From IMG/VR virus record IMGVR_UViG_3300031688_001339: 64,000 nucleotides of DNA. One strand, given 5' to 3'. This stretch comes from a virus. The notes below the pieces were generated by a model that had not been told where the DNA came from, ran no database searches, and was given only the letters and a program-made list of their open reading frames with translations. The translations under genes and the position numbers were made by a program. This document shows, piece after piece, positions 45,939 through 54,541 of the stretch (position 1 is its first letter; each line of letters opens with the position of its first letter).

Positions 45939-47273
45939 ATGTATTTATCAGAACAATACGAAAAAAAATGGCAGCCCGTTTTAGAGCATCCTGATTTACC
46001 AAAAATCAGTGACTCTTACAAACGAGCCGTTACTGCTACTGTCTTGGAAAACCAAGAACGTGCAATGAAAGAGGATTCAGCATTCTTAAGCGAAGCTGCT
46101 CCTACGAATAACACTGGTGGAACTTCAAATTGGGATCCAATTTTAATTTCATTAGTAAGAAGAGCTATGCCTAACCTTATCGCTTACGATATCGCTGGTG
46201 TACAACCGATGACTGGTCCAACTGGACTTATTTTCGCAATGAGATCAAGATACACTTCAGCAACTGGCAACGAAGCCATGTTTGATGAAGCTGATACTGA
46301 TTACTCATCTAGAAATGCTGCTGGTACTTCAGCTGCTGGTGACGGCGTTACAGAACACAGAGGAACAAATCCTTCAGTTCTTAACGATAGTCCTGCAGGT
46401 GCTTATACTAGAGGTCAAGGTATGACTACAGCTGCCGCTGAAGCATTAGGCGACGCTGCTGGAAATGCTTTTGCAGAAATGGCTTTCTCAATAGAGAAAA
46501 CAACCGTTACTGCTAGAAGTAGAGCTCTAAAGGCTGAATACACTATGGAACTTGCTCAAGATTTAAAAGCAATCCACGGTCTAGACGCTGAAACAGAACT
46601 TGCAAACATTCTATCTGCTGAGATCCTTGCGGAAATCAACAGAGAAGTTGTAAGAGCTGTTTACATAAACTCTGAAAAGGGTGCTGCTACTAACACAACT
46701 ACTGCTGGTGTCTTTGATTTAGATACTGACTCAAACGGTAGATGGTCTGTTGAGAGATTCAAAGGTCTTATGTTCCAATTGGAAAGAGACGCAAACAGAA
46801 TCGCTCAAAGAACAAGAAGAGGTAAAGGGAACATGATTATTTGTTCTGCTGATGTCGCTTCTGCTCTACAAATGGCCGGTGTTTTAGATTACACACCTGC
46901 TTTAAACAACAATCTAAACGTTGACGACACAGGCAGTACATTTGCTGGTGTATTAAACGGTAGATTTAAAGTATACATTGATCCATACAGTGCAAACTCA
47001 AGCGCTAGCCAATACTACGTTGTTGGTTACAAAGGTACTTCACCTTATGACGCTGGTATGTTCTACTGTCCTTATGTTCCATTACAAATGGTAAGAGCAG
47101 TTGGTCAAGATACTTTCCAACCAAAAATTGGTTTCAAAACTAGATACGGTTTAGTTGCGAATCCTTTTGCGGAAACTGGTGCTGCTTCGGGTGCGGTTAC
47201 AGGAATCACTGATTCAGGTACACCTAACTCAAACAGATACTACCAAAAAGTTAAAGTATCAAACATTATGTAA
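45939..47273 (+). CDS. gp23: Major capsid protein gp23
   Basis: GVQPMTGPTGLIFAMR, LAQDLKAIHGLDAE, FQPKIGFKTRYG. Confidence 0.98.
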   Translation: MYLSEQYEKKWQPVLEHPDLPKISDSYKRAVTATVLENQERAMKEDSAFLSEAAPTNNTGGTSNWDPILISLVRRAMPNLIAYDIAGVQPMTGPTGLIFAMRSRYTSATGNEAMFDEADTDYSSRNAAGTSAAGDGVTEHRGTNPSVLNDSPAGAYTRGQGMTTAAAEALGDAAGNAFAEMAFSIEKTTVTARSRALKAEYTMELAQDLKAIHGLDAETELANILSAEILAEINREVVRAVYINSEKGAATNTTTAGVFDLDTDSNGRWSVERFKGLMFQLERDANRIAQRTRRGKGNMIICSADVASALQMAGVLDYTPALNNNLNVDDTGSTFAGVLNGRFKVYIDPYSANSSASQYYVVGYKGTSPYDAGMFYCPYVPLQMVRAVGQDTFQPKIGFKTRYGLVANPFAETGAASGAVTGITDSGTPNSNRYYQKVKVSNIM

Positions 47274-47300
47274 TCGTAAGAGAAACGATATCATTATTAA

Positions 47301-47326
47301 AAAAGGGCCTTCGGGCCCTTTTTTTT
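47301..47326 (+). terminator. Rho-independent terminator with cUUCGg tetraloop
   Basis: AAAAGGGCC-TTCG-GGCCCTTTTTTTT. Confidence 0.9.
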
Positions 47327-47372
47327 GGCCTAAATAATCCAGAAATTTAAACTCAAAAGAAGGAGGATAACA

Positions 47373-47456
47373 ATGAACCCTAACAGTCATTTGTTTACAG
47401 CAATTCTGATAATAGCATTAGTGATACTTGCCCTATTTGGTGGTCCTGGAAGATAG
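47373..47456 (+). CDS. 27-aa hydrophobic peptide (not in the ORF track)
   Basis: MNPNSHLFTAILIIALVILALFGGPGR; SD AGGAGG 6 nt upstream. Confidence 0.55.
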   Translation: MNPNSHLFTAILIIALVILALFGGPGR

Positions 47457-47464
47457 TATAAATA
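47457..47464 (+). promoter_or_regulatory. Late promoter TATAAATA
   Basis: Exact consensus ahead of the 47481-48858 unit. Confidence 0.65.
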
Positions 47465-47480
47465 TAGTGTAGAGTTAAGT

Positions 47481-47669
47481 ATGATAAAAAACAGACGTAT
47501 AGAGCCGGAGATAGACGAAGGAACACAAAAGTTTTTTAACAAACTCATATGGATCTTAATAGTTCTTAATGTACTAATAGGAGTTCCAACGATATACGAC
47601 ATGTATTTTTATGAACATACGCCAAAGGTATATAGAGATACATCAATGATACAAACAGACGAGACATAG
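47481..47669 (+). CDS. Small single-pass membrane protein
   Basis: LIWILIVLNVLIGVPTIY hydrophobic stretch. Confidence 0.5.
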   Translation: MIKNRRIEPEIDEGTQKFFNKLIWILIVLNVLIGVPTIYDMYFYEHTPKVYRDTSMIQTDET

Positions 47670-47678
47670 ACATTATAT

Positions 47679-48395
47679 ATGAGTGATAATAAAATTTTTG
47701 AAGGTATGAAATATCGTCATAACCCTAAATATAATAAAAGATTATTTCAGTCTAGCAAAGTAAATTTAGATTTATCTCATAGATGTCCTTTAGAATGTTT
47801 GCGTTGTGCTAGACAAGATAAAGATCAAAACGGAAATTCAATAAAGACTCCAGGTAGAGATATAACAATGGAAGAATTTGATAAGATATCTACTTACTTT
47901 GATAGAATACAATTTTGTGGTCAATATTCAGACCCTATACACCACCCTCATTTTATTGATATGTTAAAGATGATAAAAGAAAAAGGAAAAATAAGTCAAG
48001 TACACAATGCCTCATCATTTAAATCAGATGAATATTTTATAGAAGCTTTTAAGGCAAATCCTGATACACAATGGTGGTTTGGTATAGATGGTCTACCTAA
48101 ACATAGTCATAAGTATAGAAAAAATCAAGACGGAGAAAAACAGTTTAAAAGATTGTTGTTAGCCAAAGAACACTTAAATAAATTACCTATATGGCAAATG
48201 ATACTTTTTAGTTACAATGAAAATGATTTAGATGAGTGTATGAAAATGGCTGATGAAGTCGGTGTAATATTTAATTTAATTAATTCTTCAAGATGGTATA
48301 AAGATGATGGTTCTGATCCTTTAATACCAAAAGGTAAAGAGAAGTTACGTATAGAAGAACAAACATTTAATCCAAAGGTTGCGGTAATGCAATAA
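47679..48395 (+). CDS. Short radical SAM core protein (third paralogue)
   Basis: HRCPLECLRCAR, FCGQYSDPIHHP, DGLP..SHKYRKNQDG. Confidence 0.82.
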   Translation: MSDNKIFEGMKYRHNPKYNKRLFQSSKVNLDLSHRCPLECLRCARQDKDQNGNSIKTPGRDITMEEFDKISTYFDRIQFCGQYSDPIHHPHFIDMLKMIKEKGKISQVHNASSFKSDEYFIEAFKANPDTQWWFGIDGLPKHSHKYRKNQDGEKQFKRLLLAKEHLNKLPIWQMILFSYNENDLDECMKMADEVGVIFNLINSSRWYKDDGSDPLIPKGKEKLRIEEQTFNPKVAVMQ

Positions 48396-48399
48396 ACCT

Positions 48400-48858
48400 A
48401 TGACAATAAAATTTAATTTTCCACATGTAAGTGAATATGATGAACTAGCAAGGGTTCCTAGTAGAACAAATTTGTATGATGAAAATGGTAATATTATAAC
48501 AGATGAACAAAATGGTATCAAGTCAGATATAACTATGAAACCTATGTGTTTTAAAGGTGACATGAATCTTGCTGTAGACAATAGAGGTCGTTTATTACCT
48601 TGTTGTCATTGTGATACAAGAAATATGACAGGCGATAAAGAGTGGACGAAATTGATTGAAAAAAGTAAAATAGAAGACTATAATACGTTAGAAGAAATAA
48701 TAGATAGTGAAGCGTGGAAAGCATTTTATAAATCACTACAACACAATAGAGGTCCTGTGGCCTGCTGGGATACATGTCGTAGTAATAAAAAGAAAAAAGA
48801 CAAACAAGAAATGGTTGTTGCTAAAGGTGGTAAACTAAAAGCATGGGAAAGAAAGTAG
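48400..48858 (+). CDS. Stand-alone SPASM/twitch-like Fe-S protein (third paralogue)
   Basis: PMCF...AVDNRGRLLPCCHCD...CWDTC. Confidence 0.7.
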   Translation: MTIKFNFPHVSEYDELARVPSRTNLYDENGNIITDEQNGIKSDITMKPMCFKGDMNLAVDNRGRLLPCCHCDTRNMTGDKEWTKLIEKSKIEDYNTLEEIIDSEAWKAFYKSLQHNRGPVACWDTCRSNKKKKDKQEMVVAKGGKLKAWERK

Positions 48859-48866
48859 TATAAATA
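48859..48866 (+). promoter_or_regulatory. Late promoter TATAAATA
   Basis: Exact consensus 6 nt before the ATG at 48873. Confidence 0.65.
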
Positions 48867-48872
48867 GTGTAT

Positions 48873-49124
48873 ATGAAGAATTTATTAAGATCAATATTAG
48901 GCATGTTAGTTATAATTGTTTGTTTAAAAGTAATTATATTACTTGTATTATTATGTTACTTTGGTTTCTTTTATACTCCAGAGGCAAATCCTTTAGATAA
49001 TATTGAAGATAAGATAGAACAAGTTGAAAAAAAAGATAGAGTTCTAACAGATAACGAAAAGGTTTTAGAACAAAAATCTACCGAAAAGGAGTGGGAAGAA
49101 ATAGATAAGGACACGGATAAATAA
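48873..49124 (+). CDS. Small membrane-anchored protein
   Basis: N-terminal hydrophobic segment, charged C-terminus. Confidence 0.5.
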   Translation: MKNLLRSILGMLVIIVCLKVIILLVLLCYFGFFYTPEANPLDNIEDKIEQVEKKDRVLTDNEKVLEQKSTEKEWEEIDKDTDK

Positions 49125-49128
49125 TAGT

Positions 49129-49746
49129 ATGACAACAACACAAAGTAGACAACCAACAAAATTAGATTATGCAAGTCCTACACAGTTTAAGTTTAGTATT
49201 CTTAAACTTCCTAAAGTAGAATACTTTTGTACGGCTGCAACACTACCAGGCATATCTCTATCAGATAGTTATTCTCAATCTACACCTTTCAAAGATATTC
49301 CATTACCAGGAGAAAAGTTAAACTACGAAAGACTTATAGTATCTTTTATGGTTGATGAAAATTTAGAAAACTACCAAGAGATACATGGTTGGTTAAGAGG
49401 TTTTGGTTTTCCCTCAGATCATAAAGAATTTAGTAACTTGTTAAATAGTGGAAAAGATAGATTCCCTACAAGCAATACAAGTGTACTAGGTGACGCTGGT
49501 CGTGTTAAGTATGGATCACCAAATACTGGTGGAACATTTTCAGACGCAACTCTATCAGTACTATCAAACAAAAACAACTCGGTTTTAGAAGTTAGATTCA
49601 GTGATGTATTTCCTATATCACTATCAGGTTTAAGCTATAACCAACAAGCAACAGATGTAGATTACTTAACTGCTACTGTAACATTTGACTATAAGATATA
49701 TGACTTTGCTTTAACAGGCAAAAAAACTAGCGTTACAACATCTTAA
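49129..49746 (+). CDS. gp3: Tail completion/tube terminator protein gp3
   Basis: SPTQFKF, VDENLENYQEIHGWL, FPISLSGL; position before uvsY. Confidence 0.85.
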   Translation: MTTTQSRQPTKLDYASPTQFKFSILKLPKVEYFCTAATLPGISLSDSYSQSTPFKDIPLPGEKLNYERLIVSFMVDENLENYQEIHGWLRGFGFPSDHKEFSNLLNSGKDRFPTSNTSVLGDAGRVKYGSPNTGGTFSDATLSVLSNKNNSVLEVRFSDVFPISLSGLSYNQQATDVDYLTATVTFDYKIYDFALTGKKTSVTTS

Positions 49747-49794
49747 TAGAAGATATTAAGACCTGTAACACAATGAAAGAAATTTGGAGATATT

Positions 49795-50223
49795 ATGGAT
49801 TTAGAACAATTACAAGAACAAGCCGACAAAGATTTAAAACTTAACGACATAGAGTTAGACATTGAATCTTTAAAAACACCAGCCCTACATAACAAATATT
49901 TAAAACACTTAACTAAATTTAAGTTACTATTAACACGTGCTGAAGATGAATTAAGAACAGTTAATCGTGAAAAATGGGAATACTATTCGGGTAAATCAGA
50001 CCCACAAGTATACATTTTAAAACCTTTTAATCTAAAGATATTAAGAACAGACGTTGACAAATATATACACGCTGATGAAGTGGTACAAAAGGCAACACAA
50101 AAGGTTGAATACTTAAAGGTTGTCGTAGACTTTTTAGATAGAACATTAAGACAAATAACCAATCGTACATTTACTATTAAAAATGCAATTGATTGGAAAA
50201 GATTTACAAGTGGGGCAGTATAA
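49795..50223 (+). CDS. uvsY: Recombination mediator UvsY
   Basis: LHNKYL, KWEYYSGK, IKNAIDWKRF. Confidence 0.92.
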   Translation: MDLEQLQEQADKDLKLNDIELDIESLKTPALHNKYLKHLTKFKLLLTRAEDELRTVNREKWEYYSGKSDPQVYILKPFNLKILRTDVDKYIHADEVVQKATQKVEYLKVVVDFLDRTLRQITNRTFTIKNAIDWKRFTSGAV

Positions 50224-50783
50224 TGTATTTAAATAATACCAACTGTGTCAGTATGGGAAAGTTTGAACCAGACTATTGTAAAAAGTTAATTTCATTATGT
50301 GATACTTTAAAAATGAACGAAGCCAGAATACAAGATGGTAATGGTAAAAATCGTAGTAGTAAAGTTGCATGGATTAAACAAAACGATACTCTATACAATG
50401 ATATGAATAACATTATTAATAAACATAATGAATCAGCAGGTTGGAATTTTGATTTAGTGGAGTTTGAACCTTTTCAATATACAATATACGAAGAAGGAGA
50501 TCATTACGATTGGCATATAGATTCTCATACTAAACCATATGATAATGGTTTCATTAGAAAGATAAGTTTCACATTGATTTTAAATGAAGACTATGAAGGA
50601 GGCGAGTTTGAATTAGCTACTCCAACTCCTAAAGGTAATAATCAAAATCAAAAGTTTACAGGTAAATTTACAACAGGTACAATTATATCTTTTCCATCAT
50701 TTGTTTGGCATAAAGTAAATAAGGTTACCAAAGGAACAAGAAAGGTTTTAGTTGGTTGGATCGTTGGTCCGTCTTTTGCATAA
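50223..50783 (+). CDS. 2OG-Fe(II) oxygenase (PKHD/prolyl-hydroxylase-like)
   Basis: YDWHID, RKISFT, YEGGEF, FPSFVWHKV, RKVLVGW; TAATG coupling to uvsY. Confidence 0.88.
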   Translation: MYLNNTNCVSMGKFEPDYCKKLISLCDTLKMNEARIQDGNGKNRSSKVAWIKQNDTLYNDMNNIINKHNESAGWNFDLVEFEPFQYTIYEEGDHYDWHIDSHTKPYDNGFIRKISFTLILNEDYEGGEFELATPTPKGNNQNQKFTGKFTTGTIISFPSFVWHKVNKVTKGTRKVLVGWIVGPSFA

Positions 50784-52276
50784 TGTCAATAGTTAAATAC
50801 CTAATAGTTGATAAGGTTGACGAGGTCTATATTAAGATAGAGGCCGACGCTGCTATACGTAGAGAATTATCAGAGTATTTTTGCTTTGAAGTTCCAGGTT
50901 ATAAGTTTACTCCTGCATATCGTAACAGAGTATGGGATGGAAAAATAAGATTATTCTCATATGCAACTGGACAAATCTATGCTGGTTTATATCCTTACAT
51001 ATTAAAATGGTGTGAAGATAATAAAGTACAAATTGTAGATGGTGCAAAGATAAAAGATGTAGAGGTTGATGAAAAGAAAGTAGATGGTTTTTTAAAGGCA
51101 CTTAAAATACCAATGGAAATAAGAGACTATCAAAGAGACGCATTTATATATGCTACTAGAAAGAATAGATGTCTTCTATTATCTCCAACTGCCTCTGGTA
51201 AGTCACTTATAATATATCTAATGGTAAGATTCAATATGTTAAGACTTAAACCGAATAATAAAAAAGTACTCATTATAGTGCCAACAACATCACTAGTAGA
51301 ACAACTGTTTAAAGATTTTGCTGATTATGGTTGGACACCAGAGAAAAACGTACATAGAATATATCAAGGACATGACAAAGATACAAACAAAGACGTTATA
51401 ATATCAACATGGCAATCAATATACAATCAACCAAAAGCATGGTTTAAACAGTTTGGTATGGTCATAGGAGACGAAGCACACTTATTTAAGGCAGTTTCAC
51501 TTACAAAAATACTTACTAAATTAGATAAATGTAAGTACAGAGTTGGCTTAACAGGTACATTAGATGGAACAAAGACACATAAACTAGTGTTAGAAGGACT
51601 TTTTGGTACTGTAAATAAGGTTATAACTACAACAGAATTACAAGAGAATAAACAATTAGCAGATTTAAAAATTATATGTTTAGTATTGCAACATGACAAA
51701 GAGGTCAGGCATACTATGAAAGATAAGACTTATCAAGAAGAAATGCATTACTTGGTTGCTAATGAAAAAAGAAATAAGTATATTAGAAACTTGGCAATTA
51801 ATCTAAAAGGTAATACATTATGTTTATTTCAATACGTAGAAAAACATGGCGAAATATTAAAAACTCTAATACAAGAAAAGGCAGAGGATAGAAAAGTATT
51901 CTTTGTACATGGTGGAGTTGAAACAGAGGACAGAGAAGCTATAAGATTTATTACAGAAAAATCAGATGACGCTATTATTGTTGCGAGTTATGGAACATTT
52001 AGTACAGGTATAAATATCAAGAATTTGCACAACATTATTTTTGCAAGTCCTAGTAAGTCACGTGTAAGAAATTTACAATCAATTGGTAGAGGTTTAAGAT
52101 TAAAGGATAATAATTCAGCTGCGACCTTATATGATATAGCAGATGACATAAGTTATAATGGAAAAGAGAACTATACACTGGCACACTTCAGAGAACGGAT
52201 AAATATTTACAATGGCGAAGACTTTAATTATGAAATTCACAACATAGATTTAAACGGAGAGAAAAATGGAAAATAA
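50783..52276 (+). CDS. uvsW: DNA helicase UvsW
   Basis: SPTASGKS, GDEAH, LQSIGRGLR; TAATG-coupled start at 50783. Confidence 0.95.
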   Translation: MSIVKYLIVDKVDEVYIKIEADAAIRRELSEYFCFEVPGYKFTPAYRNRVWDGKIRLFSYATGQIYAGLYPYILKWCEDNKVQIVDGAKIKDVEVDEKKVDGFLKALKIPMEIRDYQRDAFIYATRKNRCLLLSPTASGKSLIIYLMVRFNMLRLKPNNKKVLIIVPTTSLVEQLFKDFADYGWTPEKNVHRIYQGHDKDTNKDVIISTWQSIYNQPKAWFKQFGMVIGDEAHLFKAVSLTKILTKLDKCKYRVGLTGTLDGTKTHKLVLEGLFGTVNKVITTTELQENKQLADLKIICLVLQHDKEVRHTMKDKTYQEEMHYLVANEKRNKYIRNLAINLKGNTLCLFQYVEKHGEILKTLIQEKAEDRKVFFVHGGVETEDREAIRFITEKSDDAIIVASYGTFSTGINIKNLHNIIFASPSKSRVRNLQSIGRGLRLKDNNSAATLYDIADDISYNGKENYTLAHFRERINIYNGEDFNYEIHNIDLNGEKNGK

Positions 52277-52691
52277 CATTAAAATAATTAAATTAGTAAA
52301 TGGTGATGATATTGTTTGCGATTTACCTATTGGTGCCAAACAGTTGCACACCTCTAATAAATCTATTAGTATTGTAAAACCTTTACTAATCAAATACGTT
52401 CCTCAAATCACCGTTTCCGGATTTAAGGATTACATTGCATTAATAAGATGGACTGCTTACACTAACGATGTTAAGATAACTATTCCAAAAGATAAGATAA
52501 TGACCATCACAAATGCCAATAGTAGTATGACACAGAGTTATATGGGAGTTGTTGATGAATATAATGACATACCAATGGTGGATAATAATAAACAGAAACC
52601 CATGATTAAGTTTTCCACTGGCGAGAATAAGAAGATCAACGAGATATTTGATGAAGATTATGATGATGATGAAGAAGGAACAATCCATTAG
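52266..52691 (+). CDS. Conserved hypothetical protein (Sm-like fold)
   Basis: IIKLVNGDDIV; usual position between uvsW and gp55. Confidence 0.65.
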   Translation: MENNIKIIKLVNGDDIVCDLPIGAKQLHTSNKSISIVKPLLIKYVPQITVSGFKDYIALIRWTAYTNDVKITIPKDKIMTITNANSSMTQSYMGVVDEYNDIPMVDNNKQKPMIKFSTGENKKINEIFDEDYDDDEEGTIH

Positions 52692-52737
52692 AGGACGCTG
52701 GTACTCCAAGCTTCCTTATCAAACGGCTACACCGTTC

Positions 52738-52765
52738 ATTATACATATAATTCACCGAAAGTCAA
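52738..52765 (-). promoter_or_regulatory. Antisense sigma70-like promoter TTGACT-N16-TATAAT
   Basis: Near-consensus boxes on the minus strand. Confidence 0.5.
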
Positions 52766-52802
52766 TGTTAGGATTTAGTAATTGAAACTAAATTTTTGAG
52801 AG

Positions 52803-52877
52803 GCGGGTCTAGCTCATTGGTAGAGCGAATCGTTGCCAACGATTAGGTAGAGGGTCCGATTCCCTTGACCCGCTCCA
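52803..52877 (+). tRNA. tRNA-Gly (GCC)
   Basis: Acceptor GCGGGTC/GACCCGC, D arm GCTC/GAGC, anticodon arm AATCG-TTGCCAA-CGATT, discriminator T, encoded CCA. Confidence 0.92.
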
Positions 52878-52891
52878 AATGTCTTAAAACA

Positions 52892-52920
52892 TTGACAATT
52901 AAGAAAAAATATAGTATATT
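52892..52920 (+). promoter_or_regulatory. sigma70-like promoter for gp55, TTGACA-N17-TATATT
   Basis: Boxes and spacing read directly; 6 nt to the ATG. Confidence 0.7.
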
Positions 52921-52926
52921 AATATT

Positions 52927-53487
52927 ATGAATAACAAACAGAAAAAAGAACATTACGTAAATAATAAAGAGTTCTTGGCGGCTATGATTATCTACAGAAA
53001 AGCTGTACGTAGAGCAATAAGATTGAAAGAGCCTAAACCAATGGTGGGTAACTACCTTGGCAGTTGTTTTTTAAAGATTGCGAATCACCTTTCATACAGA
53101 CCTAATTTTATAAACTACACATTTAAAGATGATATGATATCAGATGGTATTGAAAACTGTCTACAATATCTTGACAACTTTGATGGTAAAAAATCAAATA
53201 ATCCTTTTGCTTACTTTACTCAAATAATCTACTATGCATTTATTAGAAGAATACAAAAAGAGAAAAAGCAAGTTACAATTAAACATAAACTGATAAGTAA
53301 ATCTAATCTAGATGACTTTGCTCTACAGCCAGGTGAAGACCGAGAGTTTAAGAATCAGATGACGGAATACTTACAGAAAAATTTACCTATGGATTCACAA
53401 GAAAAAATTGCTGAAGAAATAGTTAAATCTAAAAAGAAACGTAAACCTAGAAAGAAGACAAGCACTTTAGATTATTTTTTAAGTTAA
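52927..53487 (+). CDS. gp55: Late-transcription sigma factor gp55
   Basis: HYVNNKEF, DMISDGIENC, NPFAYFTQI. Confidence 0.95.
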   Translation: MNNKQKKEHYVNNKEFLAAMIIYRKAVRRAIRLKEPKPMVGNYLGSCFLKIANHLSYRPNFINYTFKDDMISDGIENCLQYLDNFDGKKSNNPFAYFTQIIYYAFIRRIQKEKKQVTIKHKLISKSNLDDFALQPGEDREFKNQMTEYLQKNLPMDSQEKIAEEIVKSKKKRKPRKKTSTLDYFLS

Positions 53488-53494
53488 GTCAAGT

Positions 53495-54541
53495 ATGAAG
53501 ATAGCATTACTAAACGATACTCATTTTGGTTGCCGTAACGATTCTCCACACTTCATCAATTATCAGAATAGATTTTATGATGAACTATTTTTTCCCTATT
53601 TAATAGAGAATAAGATAGATACATTAGTGCATTTAGGAGATGTCGTTGATAGACGTAAGTTTATAAACCATAATACAGCACACAATTTCAGACTGAAATT
53701 CTGGAATAGATTACAAGAATTAAATATTGATACTCATGTTATATTAGGTAACCATGACACCTATTATAAGAATACAAATGAAGTCAATGCCATACAAAAC
53801 TTAAATCTAGGGCCTGATATAAAAATATATACAAGAGCAACCGAAGTAAATATTGGTGGTTTAGATATGTTGTTTATACCTTGGATTTGTGACGATAATA
53901 GAGAAGATACTATCTTTCAGATTGATAACTCTACATCACAAATTGCAATGGGTCATTTAGAAGTAAAAGGTTTTGAAATGCATAAAGGAGTTATGAACGA
54001 ACACGGATTTGAAAGAGAACACTTTAGAAGATTTGAAAAAGTATTATCAGGACACTTTCACAAGAAGTCAGATGATGGCCAGATATTCTATCTAGGTACA
54101 CAATATCAAATTATGTGGTCAGACTATAACTGTCCTAAAGGATTTCATACGTTTGATACGGACACCAGAGAGTTAGATAGAATAGAAAACCCTATGCCTA
54201 TATTTAAAAAATTGGTATATGATGATACTAAAACAAACTATGATGGTTTAGATTTAAAAGATTATGAAAACTGTTTCGTAAAACTATTCGTATCTCAAAA
54301 AACTGATACCGATATGTATGGTAGACTAGTTGAAAGATTTTATAATAACGCAAACGTACATGAATTAATTATTAATGAAGATACAAATGATATTACTCAA
54401 ACAGTAAGAGCAGACATTTTAGATTCAGGAGAAGATACGTTGACCTTTCTAGGTAACTATATTGATCAGATAGACACAGATTTAGATAAACATAAACTAA
54501 AGGAGTTTGCTAAAGAATTATATACAGAGGCAAATGAATGA
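53495..54541 (+). CDS. gp47: Recombination endonuclease gp47 (Mre11/SbcD-like)
   Basis: DTHFG, LGDVVDRR, GNHD, SGHFH. Confidence 0.95.
   Translation: MKIALLNDTHFGCRNDSPHFINYQNRFYDELFFPYLIENKIDTLVHLGDVVDRRKFINHNTAHNFRLKFWNRLQELNIDTHVILGNHDTYYKNTNEVNAIQNLNLGPDIKIYTRATEVNIGGLDMLFIPWICDDNREDTIFQIDNSTSQIAMGHLEVKGFEMHKGVMNEHGFEREHFRRFEKVLSGHFHKKSDDGQIFYLGTQYQIMWSDYNCPKGFHTFDTDTRELDRIENPMPIFKKLVYDDTKTNYDGLDLKDYENCFVKLFVSQKTDTDMYGRLVERFYNNANVHELIINEDTNDITQTVRADILDSGEDTLTFLGNYIDQIDTDLDKHKLKEFAKELYTEANE

Noticed and set aside
36883-47273. Introns, inteins or homing endonucleases in gp17, gp20 or gp23
   Set aside because: The ORFs are continuous and of normal length, with no splicing or endonuclease motifs seen.
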